A stretch of DNA of 53,585 nt. Source: Priapulus caudatus. Lineage: Eukaryota. A program made the position numbers and the translations under genes. Below the pieces are notes generated by a model that made no database searches, was not told the DNA's origin, and saw only the letters and a list, made by a program, of their open reading frames with translations. How positions within the stretch are numbered: the stretch's first letter is position 1; the number at the start of each line of letters is the position of its first letter. The stretch spans positions 1,627,293 through 1,680,877 of the forward strand of contig NW_014577062.1 in assembly GCF_000485595.1 (NCBI RefSeq), written 5' to 3'. Shown piece after piece: positions 1 through 14,647 of the stretch.

Positions 1-1488
1 CTATGCCCATGTAGCGTCGTCATCTAATGTTACCGCGCAGCCGAGCAATGGGACTCGTCTCAGATCGCTGTATAATGAAACCATTGTCACGTGAAGTTGA
101 AGTTGAGTTTGATGCTTTTTGCACTAAATATATACAGAAATATGGCAACGATTATACCAAAACGAAAAAAGTATTGAAGGAAGCGCAGTTATCTTTTCTC
201 ATTTCGTTGCTCAGTATTACCAGTACCAACGAATTTTTCAGGATATTAAAGCAATATTGATGACGGCGAAGGACCTTAATCAACAACACCATAAACGGTT
301 TGACGGTTTTACGGAAAGACACATATTCTGTTTATTACTCGAAGAAATATTTCATTTGGGCTTATTAACACGAGTGATATAATATGTGAGCTGCGACATG
401 CAACAACTATAATTCGAACACGTAACTCAGGCAACGTTGGGAAGCATGGCTGTTCAGTAATGTATGTGAGCACTCGGCCTGCTCCCACCCTCCTAGCTGA
501 GGGGCATTACGTGATCATACGTCAATGCAAACTACATCACGTCCGTGCGATGTACGTCTACAGTGGGCGCACATAGGCAGTCGATGTCGTCTTCGTCTAC
601 GCCTTACTTCTGACCGCGACATACAATAATCAAAGTTTCTGTTTTGCTACGATCATTCATTAAAAAAACATTCGGGGGCAAAGTAATTGACCATTTTTAT
701 ACGTGACATGCGGCCAGGTAGTATAAGCATCTCTTTTGGCCTCACGTGCACGCGCCATTGTCAATAACTATACGATATGTTATTACAGCGAAGATGACGC
801 TACTGGCACGTCATCTGGGAGTAAATAATGACAGAGAATCCGTGTACGCGCGTATATTTTACGTAGATAGTTTATTCTAATTCATTCGTGGTGATCACGT
901 GACCTACGCTGAGAAACAGTCGCCATTTACAACGCTTTGACGACCCATATAGCACACGTAACCTGTAATTATCACGGGTCACCTGGATTCCATATATGTG
1001 CGGGAAATCATGGTTTAAGTGTCTAATCGGCGCACACGTGTACGACGCATGCGTCGACGACCATTGACGCACTCGATACTCGCGAACTACATTGCGTCGT
1101 ATCGTAAACGTACCGTTATCAACGACGAACTGCTCACAGAAAGACGCTGGCCAGATTCCCCTCGGACTGTAACACGGTGCCGTGCTTTCTCTTCCAATAG
1201 TTCCACGCCGACGGGAGACGGTAGGCGTTAGGTACTACACACTATACTGTAATGTCGACTCTACGTTAGCGGCCGGATAAACAGCCATGCTGGCGTTTGC
1301 TTGCTTTTCAGTCGCAATAAATTTCAGCGTGTTGATAATTTAGCCAAACAATTGGTGGGTACGTACGCCAGCACGCGCTCGACTGACGGAGCTACGCACT
1401 CCCCAACTGTCAAAACAGCCCCCGCATCGGCAAAACAAATTATTATCAACTCGTGTACATGTTGGGACTGCACACATACACGCGCGCG

Positions 1489-1513
1489 CGCACACACACA
1501 CGTGTGGCGTGTG

Positions 1514-1575
<62 letters not shown>

Positions 1576-1851
1576 ACGCGTGCGTGCGTGCGTGCGTGTG
1601 CGTGTGCGCGTGCGCGTGCGCGTGTGTGTTTGTGTGTGTTGTGTGGTGTGCTGTGCTGGCGTGTGCGTCGCGCGTGCGCCGTGGCGTGTGCGTGTGCGTG
1701 TGCGTGTGCGTGTGCGTGTGCGTGTGCGTGTGCGTTGTGTGGCGTGTGTGTGCGCGCGCGCGCGTGTGTGCGTGTGTGTGTGTGTGTGTGTGTTTGTGTG
1801 TGTGTGTGCTGTGTGTGTGTGTGTGTTGTGTGTGTGTGTGTGGTGTGTGTG

Positions 1852-1905
<54 letters not shown>

Positions 1906-1920
1906 TGTGTGTACGTGTGT
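1489..1920. repeat. (GT)n/(GCGT)n compound microsatellite
   Basis: Read directly; explains the CVCV/HTHT ORFs. Confidence 0.95.
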
Positions 1921-2637
1921 AGTGGGTGGACGCGGATGTCAGTGTGTGCATGCTAGCAATGTAGCGCTGCTTACGTATGACTGGTATTCATCACTTGGTA
2001 AGAAGGATGATGTGTGTACGTCTGCCCCGAAATCTAATGCGCAACTCATTTGTTGATTTAGGAACGTTACACCATATCCACGCACTGACTAGAATTCTAA
2101 ATCATTAAACACGAACTTGTGCATTATATCCAGTGTGAAATCTGACAAGGAAATTCAATGAATTATTAATGACATTTTGCACATATATATATCGGTTTAA
2201 ATTTATTCTGACGGTGGGTGAAAGTAACAGAACAATGTAGTGAATGTACACACTTTAATATCTTTCTAGTCAGCAGGGTTATATTACCGTTTATTTATTA
2301 CTAATATGTAAAGCATTATATCCCTACACTTACATAACACACCAATATCTTTCTCTTTCTCCCTCTTTCTTTCTTTTCTCTTTCTCAATCTTCTCTTCCT
2401 CTTTTTATCTCTCCCTCGTCGCCCTGTCTCTTTCGCCTTTTCTCTTTTCTCTCTCAAATACGGTCCTCATATGTCTTCTAAACACCTGCTTACTTCCGTG
2501 TAAGAATCCCATTTATAATGATTCTTCCATATCTTATATTTACATAAAATATAGTCCCCGATAGAACATTATAGTGAGACGTTAACGTGTCTCATTTAGA
2601 TGTGTTTGTACGGCCTTAAGGCTAGACATTTAACAGC

Positions 2638-2673
<36 letters not shown>

Positions 2674-3055
2674 TATATAAATTTGATATATATATGTATA
2701 TATATATTCGAGAAGAATAGCGTCATTTGACTACGCCTATTGTGACGAAATACGCTTTGCTATCATAACACGGTAGCTGCCTTCTCGGCCCATTAACCTG
2801 TCACTAAAAACCTAAACTGCGGTGTCACTGGAAGAGGATTTCAGATGTCCCTCGTTACCTTGTATAGAGCTAATCCGATTAAGCCGTATAGCAAAGACAC
2901 GGTTTGTCTAATTCGAGACAGGCGACTGCCAGAGCCACGAACCACGAAGAAGAACAAACAAGTTCTTCACCGCGTCACATCAGTCTCTCGTTGTTTTTAA
3001 TTCGCCGCGGGCGGCTATCTGTATTATACCCTCATGTTTGCGCGCCATGTTGCAG

Positions 3056-3291
3056 AGCCTTGGCGACGACAGGCGTGGAGACGAGCATTGAGCAGCCTGG
3101 ACAGTGCGAGCAGCTGACCGGACTGGTCAAGCGCCAGAAGTCAATATGCCGCAAAAACATCGAAGTAATGGACAGCGTCCGATACGGCGCAGAAGAAGCC
3201 ATCTCAGAGTGTCAGTTCCAGTTTATGAACAGACGCTGGAACTGCAGCACCGTTGACCCGCAAAAGGTCTTCGGAAAGGCTATACGGCGAG
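3056..3291 (+). CDS. Wnt4: Wnt4 exon 2 ([78 protein letters not shown])
   Basis: Acceptor ttgcag ends at 3055, donor gtatgt at 3292; 236 nt; conserved Wnt N-terminal cysteine pattern; lies inside ORF 2904-3299. Confidence 0.93.
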
Positions 3292-6200
3292 GTATGTAAC
3301 GCCTGTTATTTAGACTACTGTCGATGTGTGGCCGTTGCTAATAATAATAATAATAATAATTATTATTATTATTATTATTATTATTCGTGTTAGTAGAGGG
3401 CATGTGCAATCTGCAGCTAATATTGATGAATTCCCGTGAATTAATAAATGAGGCCGACGTGTGAGGTGGTGCTGGGGGAGTATCAGTCATTGTTTCGTTA
3501 TAGACGCGAGCTTAGGTATAGGTTAATAGTTGGTGCTCATCACAACATTAAAGATGAGTTCGCAGGACCGCATACTAACATAAACACATAGATCCGCGTT
3601 AACATACCTACGAAATCGCCGTGGACCATGACGGATAGAGGATAGCGAGGATGACGGCTGATATTACTGTCTCATCTACCCGAGCTTAAATCCTGGCAGG
3701 GATCTAGTTCATCCCACAGCTCGCTGAGATGGATCCTATCAGCGATATAATCACCATTTGTCAGGATTTGGGCAAACACGCACAGCGCGGCTAAGATTTT
3801 GTTTAAATACTCGCCTTTAATCCGGCAGTTATGCTTAAGCTCGCCCTAAACGCGCCAGCATCCAGGCAAGCGCGCCACGCCGGTGGTGTGCGTAGCTGTA
3901 GCAATATCGTGGAGGGAGAGCCCGCTCGCGCTCTCACAGCGAGGCATCTAAGAAGATAATTGATCTCCGGGTACACACACGCGAGAAGACAATGCACAAC
4001 GAGCAACGAACAGATGATCACGAGAGGCGACGTTTTGTGCGTCGGCGACTTTGTGTCATTGGTGCGGGAGCAGGTCAAACGCTATCGCGAGCAGCGGCGG
4101 GAATGCGATCAAAGCTTAGCCGTCGTCATCGGCGTTCGGCAGGCCGACAACAGACTAACGACGTCGCGTCATCGTCTCGTCGGTGACGGACAGCATTTGA
4201 CACGAATGATGTCACACGCTGACGACATCTCCCCGCACCCATCAACCGCGATTTCATCCTCAATGTTTATGGACGTGCCTTATTGTATAGAAGAAATACT
4301 ATTCAGTTTTTGTTTTAAATCATATACGAACATGATGTAATGCGATATTAATATGAACGTATTAATGACGCACACGTGTATGCTTTACGCAAACGAGACG
4401 CGACCACGTTTCTCTAATTATATCTATTGTTTTCTTAGTGTAATTCAAATAATTTATAACTCTAGTTCCCCGCGAAGAGCATGCAGGCATTCGATTTATG
4501 ACTGCGTGTTATGGGTAACAGACATCGTCGAACATGACTTTCATACAGTGTTGTCGGAGAGGTTTGCTACAGAAATAGAATGTTGCTGTCTCCACATGAC
4601 ACTGCGTCGATTGCCCCCACGAAGTTAAAGCAGGAGAGGGTTTTTTTCCTCTCGCATGCAGACTCCCGCATGATTAAAAATTTGTTCAGCGTTCAGGGAG
4701 TGCGCTACTCCGCGAGACAAGCCGTCAGCTCGCATCTCAGCCGGCACGGGGGCGGGGCAACGGTGAAGCCTCCTCCGTGAAGCAGCGGCGCATGCGCAGA
4801 CGGCTGCCGTATGCCGTAATTCCGGCAGCAGGCCGCCCCGTTGCCGCCGAGACTGCCTGCCCGCTGCACGCTGCCGCCGCCGCGCGAAGTAGGTGGGCTC
4901 GATTCTAAATATACACGCCATCAATGCGGGCCTTGTGTCTCGGTGCGGGCGGCCTTCTCATCCCCGAGGTTTGATTATTTTTCTTGTCAATTAACTCGTG
5001 TTTCGCCGTTCGCGCGGCGGTGATCTTAGTCACTGCATAACTCCGGCATTCAGTAAGAACGATGCATAACTCGGCGGCCACTTTTCCTCCACTTGCGCGT
5101 GCTTGTCTGCCTATCTGTTTGTCTGCCTGCCTGCCTGCCTGTCTGTCTGTTTGTCTGTCTGGCTGGCTTCTGTCCGTCTATCCGCACGTCCATCCGTCCG
5201 TCTGTTTCTGTCTCTGTCTCTCTCTCCCTCGCTCTACTTCATTATCTCACGCTCGGGTTCACGCTTTTTCCTGTTCTCTCTCGCTCCGCCCCTACTCCCC
5301 GCTCTATCTCTCTCCCATCTTGTCACCCCTTCCCATTTTCTCGCTTCATTTCAATTAGTCAAGGCCATAACCGTGCATAATCTGTTCGTGTGTAGGAATC
5401 AAGAAAAATAATAAGATAATATGGAGTCCCCTTGTCATCACACTTCAGTTTTCATCAAGCGTTTTAGCGTACTACGCGATAATGCTCATACAAAGTAGCA
5501 CAAGCGGTGGAAGGTTACCTGTACCGCATTGCGATCCCTCCAAGGCAGACACTAGTTTCAACAGCGCAGCACAAACTAAGTCGATGAAAGGAGGGAAAAT
5601 GTACTCAAGTGGAGGAAACCAGAGACAGACTGTCGTTGTTTAGATACTAGTCACTGTGCTACACATACCTCCTCCTCGCCGTCTATTTGTTTAGACACTC
5701 AGCGCGTGAACGCGGGCGGCTAACCATCTTTAGCGCAGCTGCAAATCCACGCAGCGCTCCCAATTCCATATCTATACACATGCAACTTCACGCAGGGACA
5801 CGGATATAGCGAACTCCACGCTGGTGTCCACACAATAACAATCTGTCGCAGGCAGTTGCGAAACAGGACTACCGAATAAAATGCAGTATGAATGATATCG
5901 GGGTTATAGGTTTTCTAGTTAAGGAAGTGGAGTAGGGGTCAAGCCGATAGCATATAGGTTATAATATAGTGTCCTATCAAACCTAGTGTCGAATACAAAG
6001 AGGACAAGGCAAGGAATCGCGTCGCATCGCACCAAATGCTTCAAGGACTGGCCGAGTTCCGCTTCGATCGGCTACTAGACGAATGTCAAGCGGATGCATA
6101 CTAGTCTTCGCGCGCGATCACTTTCTCATCACATTTCCGACGTTACCCTTTATAGAGTGTTGCTTGAACCCGGTATGGCACGCTCCGTAGCTTGCTCGCG

Positions 6201-7585
6201 ACGTGGCGAGAGTCGACCGCCGAGTGGACAGACCCATCTAAATCTATTATTTACGCATTGTTTAGATACACGCTTTTACGTGTTATGCGCTTGTTTACGA
6301 ATTTGTTGACGTTGACGTTAACGAGGGCCGTTTTCCGATTGTTTATATGTTTGTTTACGTGTTTATTTACGCGCGTGTTTACGTGTTGGTTGTCGCCAGA
6401 ATTATGCATTCATTTATCGTATTTTGCGGCGCACATAACCGCGTTTGCTTCCGCGCTTGTTTACGTGTTTATTTGCGCGCTTGTTTATGTGTTTATTTAC
6501 GCGCGTGTTTACGTGTTGGTTGTCGCCAAAATTATGCATTCGTTGATCATATTTTTGCGGCGCATGACCGCGTTTGCTCAAGCGCTTGTTAACGTGTTTA
6601 TTTACGCGCGTGTTTACATGTTTAGTTACGTGCGTGTTTACATGTTTATTTACGCGCGTGTTTACATGTTTCAGGGTTCGTAGCGGGTCTTCCAAAGTCT
6701 TATAAGTACTTATTTTGCCAAAAATAAAATAAGGGCCCTTATTAGTACTTATTTTTGGTGAAATCTTAGAAAAGTACTTAATAGTCCTTATTTTTTGCCA
6801 AAGGACCCTAGGTTTTATAAACTGTTCTCGACTTAGAGAGTAAGAATTGTTGTATATATAATACGGGATAATTAAATCTGCTGTGCAATTGTGTATATAA
6901 ATATTATTAGTGTACTTTAATAGTCGGTGATCTATCAGAAATCACGTAAAAAGTCTTATTTTGGCCTCCAGAAAGGGTCTTATAAGTCCTTATTTCAACA
7001 TGTGTCTTACTACTATGAACCCTGTGTTTAGTTACGCGCGTGTTTACGTGTTTATTTACGTACTCGTTTGTCGCTTTGCAGGCACGCGCCGAGTCGGCGT
7101 TCGTGCACGCCATCTCGGCGGCGGCGCGTCGCGCACTCGGTGACTCGCGCCTGCAGCAGTGGCGATCTCAACAAGTGCGGCTGCGACCGCAGCGTCAGAG
7201 CACGTCGGCCGAGGGCTTCCAGTGGTCGGGCTGCTCGGACAACGTCGCCTACGGGACGACGTTCTCAGCTGAGTTCGTCGACGCACGCGACGCGCGAAGG
7301 GCGCCAGGTCCCCGCGCAGTCTCATGAACCTTCACAATACAACGCAGGTCGCATGGTAAGTAGTAGAGAAGGTGCGAGATCGGCCCGTGCGTAGCTTGTG
7401 CGCTTATATAGAGCTCGATCGAGTGACAAGTAAGCACTAATCTTTTGTGTGTATCAGCCGTAAACTAAGCGGAAAATAGTATTACCTGTCAATACTGTGC
7501 ATGTTCTTGTCTAGCTTGCGTGGGTACGTTACCTACATTCACAACGTATCTCCTGTATTCACGCATGTATGCATAGAAGGTGTGT

Positions 7586-7621
<36 letters not shown>

Positions 7622-7825
7622 GTGTGTGTGTGTGTGTGTGTAGGTGTGTTGTGTGTGTGTGTGAGTGTGTGTGTGTGTGTGTGCGTGTGCTCTGTGTATG
7701 TGGTGTGCGTGTGTGTGGTGTGGTGTGTGTGTGTGTGTGTGTGTGTGGTGCCGTGCGTTGCGTGCGCATGTGTGCATGTGTGCGTGGTGTGTGTGGTTGT
7801 GTGTGTGGGTGTGTGTGCTGTGTGT

Positions 7826-7864
<39 letters not shown>

Positions 7865-10846
7865 TGTGTATGTATGTGTTGTATGTGTGTGTAGTGTATG
7901 GTGTGTTGTGTGTGGTGTGTGGGTGTGTGGTGTTGTGTGTGTGTGTGTGTGTGTGTGGTGTGGTGGTGTGTGTGTGTGCTGTGTGTGTGTGTGTGCTGCG
8001 TGGTGTGCGTGTGGTGTGTGTTGTTGTATGTGCGTTTGTGCGTGAACGTAACAGACAGGCTTTGAGAACTTCTTATATAGGATGTCGTGTAGAAGCAGTC
8101 GTGTGTGTAGATATGAGGTTATATGCAATTATAAACCCCGTACGTTACAGGCTCGGAAACAGAGAGCCGCTATATCTGCTGCTTGTTTTAACGCGACGCA
8201 GCAGGGGCCTTATCTATCCTTATCCTCCTGCTCATTAATTACGTCCCGCCTCTTACGATTTCGCTTCGTAAGACAATTGGCGAACACAGTGACAGTGCGA
8301 CCCCCGCGGGTTGACGCGAGATCACACGAGACTGGGATTTGTCGGACGTCAGCGCTGATTAGTAGCGTGCTGTGTGTGGATCCCGTGCGACTTAAATGAG
8401 GAGGAGGCGGAGGCAACGTACGGAGGGTTGGCCAGCGCAGCCTCGCAGCGCGCCGTCAAACAACCGTAATCTTGCGTGATGCTGATGCTATACGACGCGG
8501 TAGTTGAGCATTAATGCCAAACCCGCAGAAAAAATCGAGACCCGGTACTAATCTCGCGCTGGTGTACGAGCGGCGCCCCCTAACGGTAAGAACGGGAAAC
8601 TCTCAGATCACGTGCTCATGCGCACACGCAGCTGTTACCTTTGCGTAGGCGGCCATGTCGAATGTGACCCACAACATTGAAAAATCTTAAAGATGAAAAT
8701 TCGTGTGAATAGCGACATATAGAGTTGCACAAGAAATATAACGGATGCGCGCATGCGAATACAGCACACACAATCATGACAGCCGCACGCACGCACGCAC
8801 GCATTACACACGCAAGCACGTACGCACGCACGCACGCACGCACGCATGTTCGCATGCACGCAAGACCACGCTTCTCATCACGTGAAACAACATAACGCAA
8901 CCAGCATCGATACGCAACGAAATACGAAGCACATATCAAACCCGCGCCCCGCCCAAATAGACGACCCGTGGAATACCGCAAGCGAGTGTTTAGTTTTCAG
9001 TTAGCCGCCTGCACTGCAGCCTAGGGATGCACGGGACTGAAGGCGGCGGGCGACGTGAGCCGCCGCCACCTCGTTCCCGCCCCTGTGCTCGTCCAATTAT
9101 CGGCGCACAAAGCCGCGTCGTGACCCCGCGCGAGCTGCCTGCGGATGGCGCGCTCAGACCAGCGCGACGAAAGCACTCAGCCGACTTTAACGCGTTCGCT
9201 CAGAGGCGTCGGGCATTCACGCTCCGCCTCCACTCGACAGACACTCCCGCGCCTCGCTGGAAAGATGTTCTTACCCGCGTGTTTATAGGGCGGCAAGCCG
9301 ACAGCGGCGGCAACCCACACTACCACTGGAAGCACCGGAAACCCAGGGCCCCAGCGTAGATACGGCCCCTGTTCTGTTCCTGCCCTCGCGCAATGCGGAC
9401 ACGTATATAGTAGCCGCTGGCCAGTTGCCTTTCGGTGCAAAATGCGGCCAGCACGCTTTGCTTCCGAGGATCACGCAGACAAAAACCTGGAGCGAGAAGG
9501 ATGCGGTATATAGCGGCCACGCTCGCACACTGTCGGTGGGCGTGACACACGCGTGCCTCCATTAAACCTACAGAATTAACATGTACCATAAAAAACCCAC
9601 AACCCAACAACACCAACAACCCTAGCGGATGGCATCATGCGTCACTCGAATGGCCATGAGATACATGGATTTATAATGAATTACAATTTGGTTAGCTGTA
9701 ACCGACATAGAGGCAACGCGGATAGTTACAGTTAACTCTTACTATCAACGGTTGCGGCCATTGTGAGTAGATCGTAAATGGCAATACGTAGAAACTCGAT
9801 GACATGGGGCGTTTTCAGACCTGCAGAATGTACCATGGTCGACCACCACAAGGAACTGCCTAGGTAAAACAAGGCAACAGATGATATATGCGTGACATCG
9901 CAATCTGTCATAATTTTAATTCGGGCGCAGGAGTGCTTATTAATTGCTAATTACGACCAGACTATACGTGTCACGGTATAATATGTAATGCTAATTATCA
10001 AGTTGGCCAACACTGGCAGCCTAGTGGCACCTTGTCTGCGGGGCGGAGTAATTAATTAGCAATCACAATTATTAGCAAATAAATAATTAGTGAAGGCAAA
10101 TGAAATACATTCGTAATTAGTACTAAATAATCCTAGAAGTTGCGAGTCGGCGCCCGTCGTTCGTTGGTGGGCGGTTGTGACGAAATGTCCCGACGCCCCC
10201 AATGCAGATGTGGACATGCAGATAGTGCTAGCGGCGGCCCGTGCATGCCGCGCCGCGTGATGTACCACCCCCCTACGAGTCCCGGTCATGGACGTACGGT
10301 GCGAGAACAGCGGGGTCTTTCGCCGCAAAGCTGTGATCGGGAAAGCGCCCGCGGCACGCCAGCCCTCCGGCTCTTGCCCCGGTTCTGGCTGCGGCTGCGC
10401 CGGCTGCGGCGCAACCTCTCTACTACAAAGACACCGCGTATACGATCGTGCTTGCGCCAACGCGAAACGCATTTCATTGAGTCCGCAAACGCACGCATTC
10501 AGTAACTCGGCGGCATTATAGTTTTATAGGGCGTATTCAGCTGACATTTTATGCGTTAGCTTTATAGCCACGAGGAAACGGTTCCGACCGACAAGTTTAA
10601 TTGGCGTCGCTATAATGTAATAATCAATTGAGGAACAAATAGGGAGACTGTTATCCAACCGTTTGCAAGCATATTCTATTTGCGCTTAGGCGTGAAATCG
10701 GCCGCTGGTTGACGCCACGTATGGCTGCTATTTACCTACGCCTTCCTCAGCACAACCGTTTCCTCTGGCCGCCAAGTTTTCCATTGGTCTTGCTCCTTCT
10801 CTTGCTCTCTCTTCTCTGTCTTTCTCTCTCTCTCTCTCTCTCGTCA

Positions 10847-10902
<56 letters not shown>

Positions 10903-11711
10903 GGCCTCTCCTTCTCTCTCTCTCTCTCTCTCTCCTCTCTCGTCGCGTCTCTTCTCTCTCTTCTCTCTCTCTCCGTCTCTCTTTCTCTCTCTCTCTCTCT
11001 GTCCCTCTCCTCATTCTGACAGATGCGCGGACATGCCATGGCATGAAATAATGCAAACTGTTTCCGCGGACGAATAAACGAAGCTCTATACGTACTAAAC
11101 GCGCGAACTGATGACCATGTCATTTACGTGCACACCACGCCAAGAAATGTGCGTCGTCTTGCGAGANNNNNNNNNNNNNNNNNNNNNNNNNNNNNNNNNN
11201 NNNNNNNNNNNNNNNNNNNNNNNNNNNNNNNNNNNNNNNNNNNNNNNNNNNNNNNNNNNNNNNNNNNNNNNNNNNNNNNNNNNNNNNNNNNNNNNNNNNN
11301 NNNNNNNNNNNNNNNNNNNNNNNNNNNNNNNNNNNNNNNNNNNNNNNNNNNNNNNNNNNNNNNNNNNNNNNNNNNNNNNNNNNNNNNNNNNNNNNNNNNN
11401 NNNNNNNNNNNNNNNNNNNNNNNNNNNNNNNNNNNNNNNNNNNNNNNNNNNNNNNNNNNNNNNNNNNNNNNNNNNNNNNNNNNNNNNNNNNNNNNNNNNN
11501 NNNNNNNNAGTGCGTGCGCGTGTGTGCGTGCGTGCGCGCGTGTGCAGGCGTTTGTGTGATACATAATCTATTGTCTCTGTGCACATAGGCGTGCGTTTGC
11601 GGTAAGATTGCTGACGGCATTTAAAACATTTTTAGACAATAGAGAATAAACAGCAACATTGAAGTTTCGGTACTAAATACAAACTTTGCGTGTGTGTGTA
11701 TGTGTGCGTAC

Positions 11712-11773
<62 letters not shown>

Positions 11774-14542
11774 GCGTGTGCGTGTGTGTGTGTATGTGCG
11801 TTTGTGCGTGAACGTAACAGACAGGCTTTGAGAACTTCTTATAATAGGATGTCGTGTATGAAGCAGTCGTGTGTAGATATGAGGTTATATGCAATTATAA
11901 ACCCCGTACGTTACAGGCTCGGAAACAGAGAGCCGCCTATATCTGCTGCTTGTTTAACGCGACGCAGCAGGGGCCTATCTATCCTTATCCTCCTGCTCAT
12001 TAATTACGTCCCGCCTCTTACGATTTCGCTCGTAAGACAATTGCGGAACACAGTGACAGTGCGGCCCCGCGGGTTGACGCGAGATCACACGAGACTGGGA
12101 TTTTGTCGGGACGTCAGCGCTGATTAGTAGCGTGGCTGTGTGTGGATCCCGTGCGACTTAAATGAGGAGGAGGCGGAGGCAACGTACGGGAGGGTTGGCA
12201 GCGCAGCCTCGCAGCGGCGCCGTCAAACAACCGTAATCTTGCGTGATGCTGATGCTATACGACGCGGTAGTTGAACATTAATCCAAACCCGCAGCAAAAA
12301 ATCGAGACACCGGTACTAATCTCGCGCTGGTGTACGAGCGGCGCCCCCTAACGGTAAGAACGGGAAACTCTCAGATCACGTGCTCATGCGCACACGCAGC
12401 TGTTACCTGTTGCGTAGGCGGCCATGTCGAATGTGACCCACAACATTGAAAAATCTTAAAGATGAAAATTCGTGTGAATAGCGACATATAGAGTTGCACA
12501 GAAGATATAACGGATGCGCGCATGCGAATACAGCACACACAATCATGACAGCCGCACGCACGCACGCACGCATGTACACACGCAAGCACGTACGCACGCA
12601 CGCACGCACGCACGCATGTTCGCATGCACGCAAGACCAGCATTCTCATCAACGTGGAAACAACATAACGCAACCAGCATCGATACGCAAGCGAAATACGA
12701 AGCACATATCAAACCCGCGCCCCGCCCAAATAGACGACCCGTGAATACCGCCAAGCGAGTGTTTAGTTTTCAGTTTAGCCGCCTGCACTGCAGCCTAGGA
12801 TGCACGGGACTGAAGGGCGGCGGGCGACGTGAGCGCCGCCACCTCGTTCCCGCCCCTGTGCTCGTCCAATTATCGGCGCACAAAGCCGCGGTCGTGACTC
12901 GCGCGAGCTGCCTGCGGATGGCGCGCTCAGACCAGCGCGACGAAAGCACTCCAGCCGACTTTAACGCGTCGCTCGAGAGGCGTCGGGCATTCACGCTCCG
13001 CTCCACTCGACAGACACTCCGCGCCTCGCTGGAAAGATCTTCTTACCCGCGTGTTTATAGGGGCGGCAAGCCGACAGCGGCGGCAACCCACACCTACCAC
13101 TGGAAGCACCGGAAACCCAGGGCCCCAGCGTAGATACGGCCCCCTGTTCTGTTCCTGCCCTCGGCAATGCGGACACGTATATAGTAGCCCTGGCCAGTTT
13201 GCCTTTCGGTGCAAAATGCGGCCAGTACGCTTTGCTTCCGAGGATCCACGCAGACAAAAACCTGGAGCGAGAAGGATGCGGTATATAGCGGCCACGCTCG
13301 CACACTGTCGGTGGGCGTGACACACGCGTGCCTCCATTAAACCTACAGAATTAACATGTACCATAACAACCCACAACCCAACAACACCAACAACCCTAGC
13401 GGTGGCATCATGCGTCCATCGAATGGCATGAGATACATGGATTTATAATGAATTACAATTTGGTAGCTGTACACCGACATAGAGGCAACGCGTATAGTTA
13501 CAGTTAACTCTTACTATCAACGGTTGGGCCATTGTGAGTAGATCGTAAATGGCAATACGTAGAAACTCGATGACATGGGCGTTTTCAGACCTGCAGAATG
13601 TACCATGGTCGACCACCACAAGGAACTGCCTAGGTAAAACAGAACAGATGATATATGCGTGACATCGCAATCTGTCATAATTTTAATTCGGGCGCAGGAG
13701 TGCTTATTAATTGCTAATTACGACCAGGACTATACGTGTCACGGTGATAAATATGTAATGCTAATTATCAAAGTTGGCCAACACTGTGCAGCCTAGTGGC
13801 ACCTTGTCTGCGGGCGCGGAGTAATAATTAGCAATCACAATTATTACTAAATAAATTAATTAGTGAAGGCAAATGAAATACATCGTAATTAGTACTAAAT
13901 TAATCATAGAAGTTGCGAGGTCGGCGCCGTCGTCGTGGTGGCGGTGTGAGAAATGCCCGACGCCCCCATGCAGATGTGGACATGCAGATAGCTGAGCGGC
14001 GGCGTGATGCGCGCCGCGTGTGGTGACCACCCACTACGAGTCCCGGTCTGGACGTACGGTGCGAGACAGCGGGGTCTTTGCGGCAAGCATGTGATGCGGG
14101 AACGCACGCGCACGCACGCCCTCCCCTCTTGCCCCGGTCTCTGGCTGCGCCGCGCTGCGCCGCACCTCTCTACATACACAGACACCGCGTTATACGATCG
14201 TGCTGCAACGCGAAACGCATTTCATTGAGTCCGAAAACGCACGCATTCAGTAACTCGGCGGCATTATAGTTTTATAGCCGTATTCGAGGAGCATTTTATT
14301 GCGTTGCTTATAGCACGAGAAACGGTTCCCGACCGCACAAGTTTAATTGCGTCGCGTATAATTGGTTATAAATCAATTGAGGAACAAATAGGGAGACTGT
14401 TATCCAACCGTTGCAAGAATTTCTATTAGCGCTTAGGCGTGAAATCGGCCGTGGTGACCCACGTAGGCTGTATTTACCTACGCCTTCCTCAGCACAACCG
14501 TTTCCCTGGCCGCCAAGTTTTCCATGTCGGTTCTTGCTCTCT

Positions 14543-14605
<63 letters not shown>

Positions 14606-14611
14606 TCTCTG

Positions 14612-14647
<36 letters not shown>

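Noticed and set aside
27..260. 77-aa ORF with faint resemblance to a helical transposase segment (EFDAFCTKY..KYG)
   Set aside because: Too short, with no catalytic motif or TIR; cannot be supported without a search.
1288..1365. Candidate Wnt4 exon 1 (acagccATG, hydrophobic [18 protein letters not shown])
   Set aside because: In-frame TAG precedes any donor, and no phase-2 donor gives a sensible join to exon 2; exon 1 is probably upstream of the window.
1301..2056. Long Cys/Val- and His/Thr-rich ORFs (also 7501-8238, 11690-12127, 17689-18095, 23652-24063)
   Set aside because: Translations of (GT)n microsatellites; open in several frames on both strands.
10140..10520. GC-rich ORF-bearing segment inside the duplicated block
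   Set aside because: The two copies share no consistent reading frame and no recognisable domain.
11095..11620. ORFs containing long X runs (also 44584-45152)
   Set aside because: Artefacts of N gaps.
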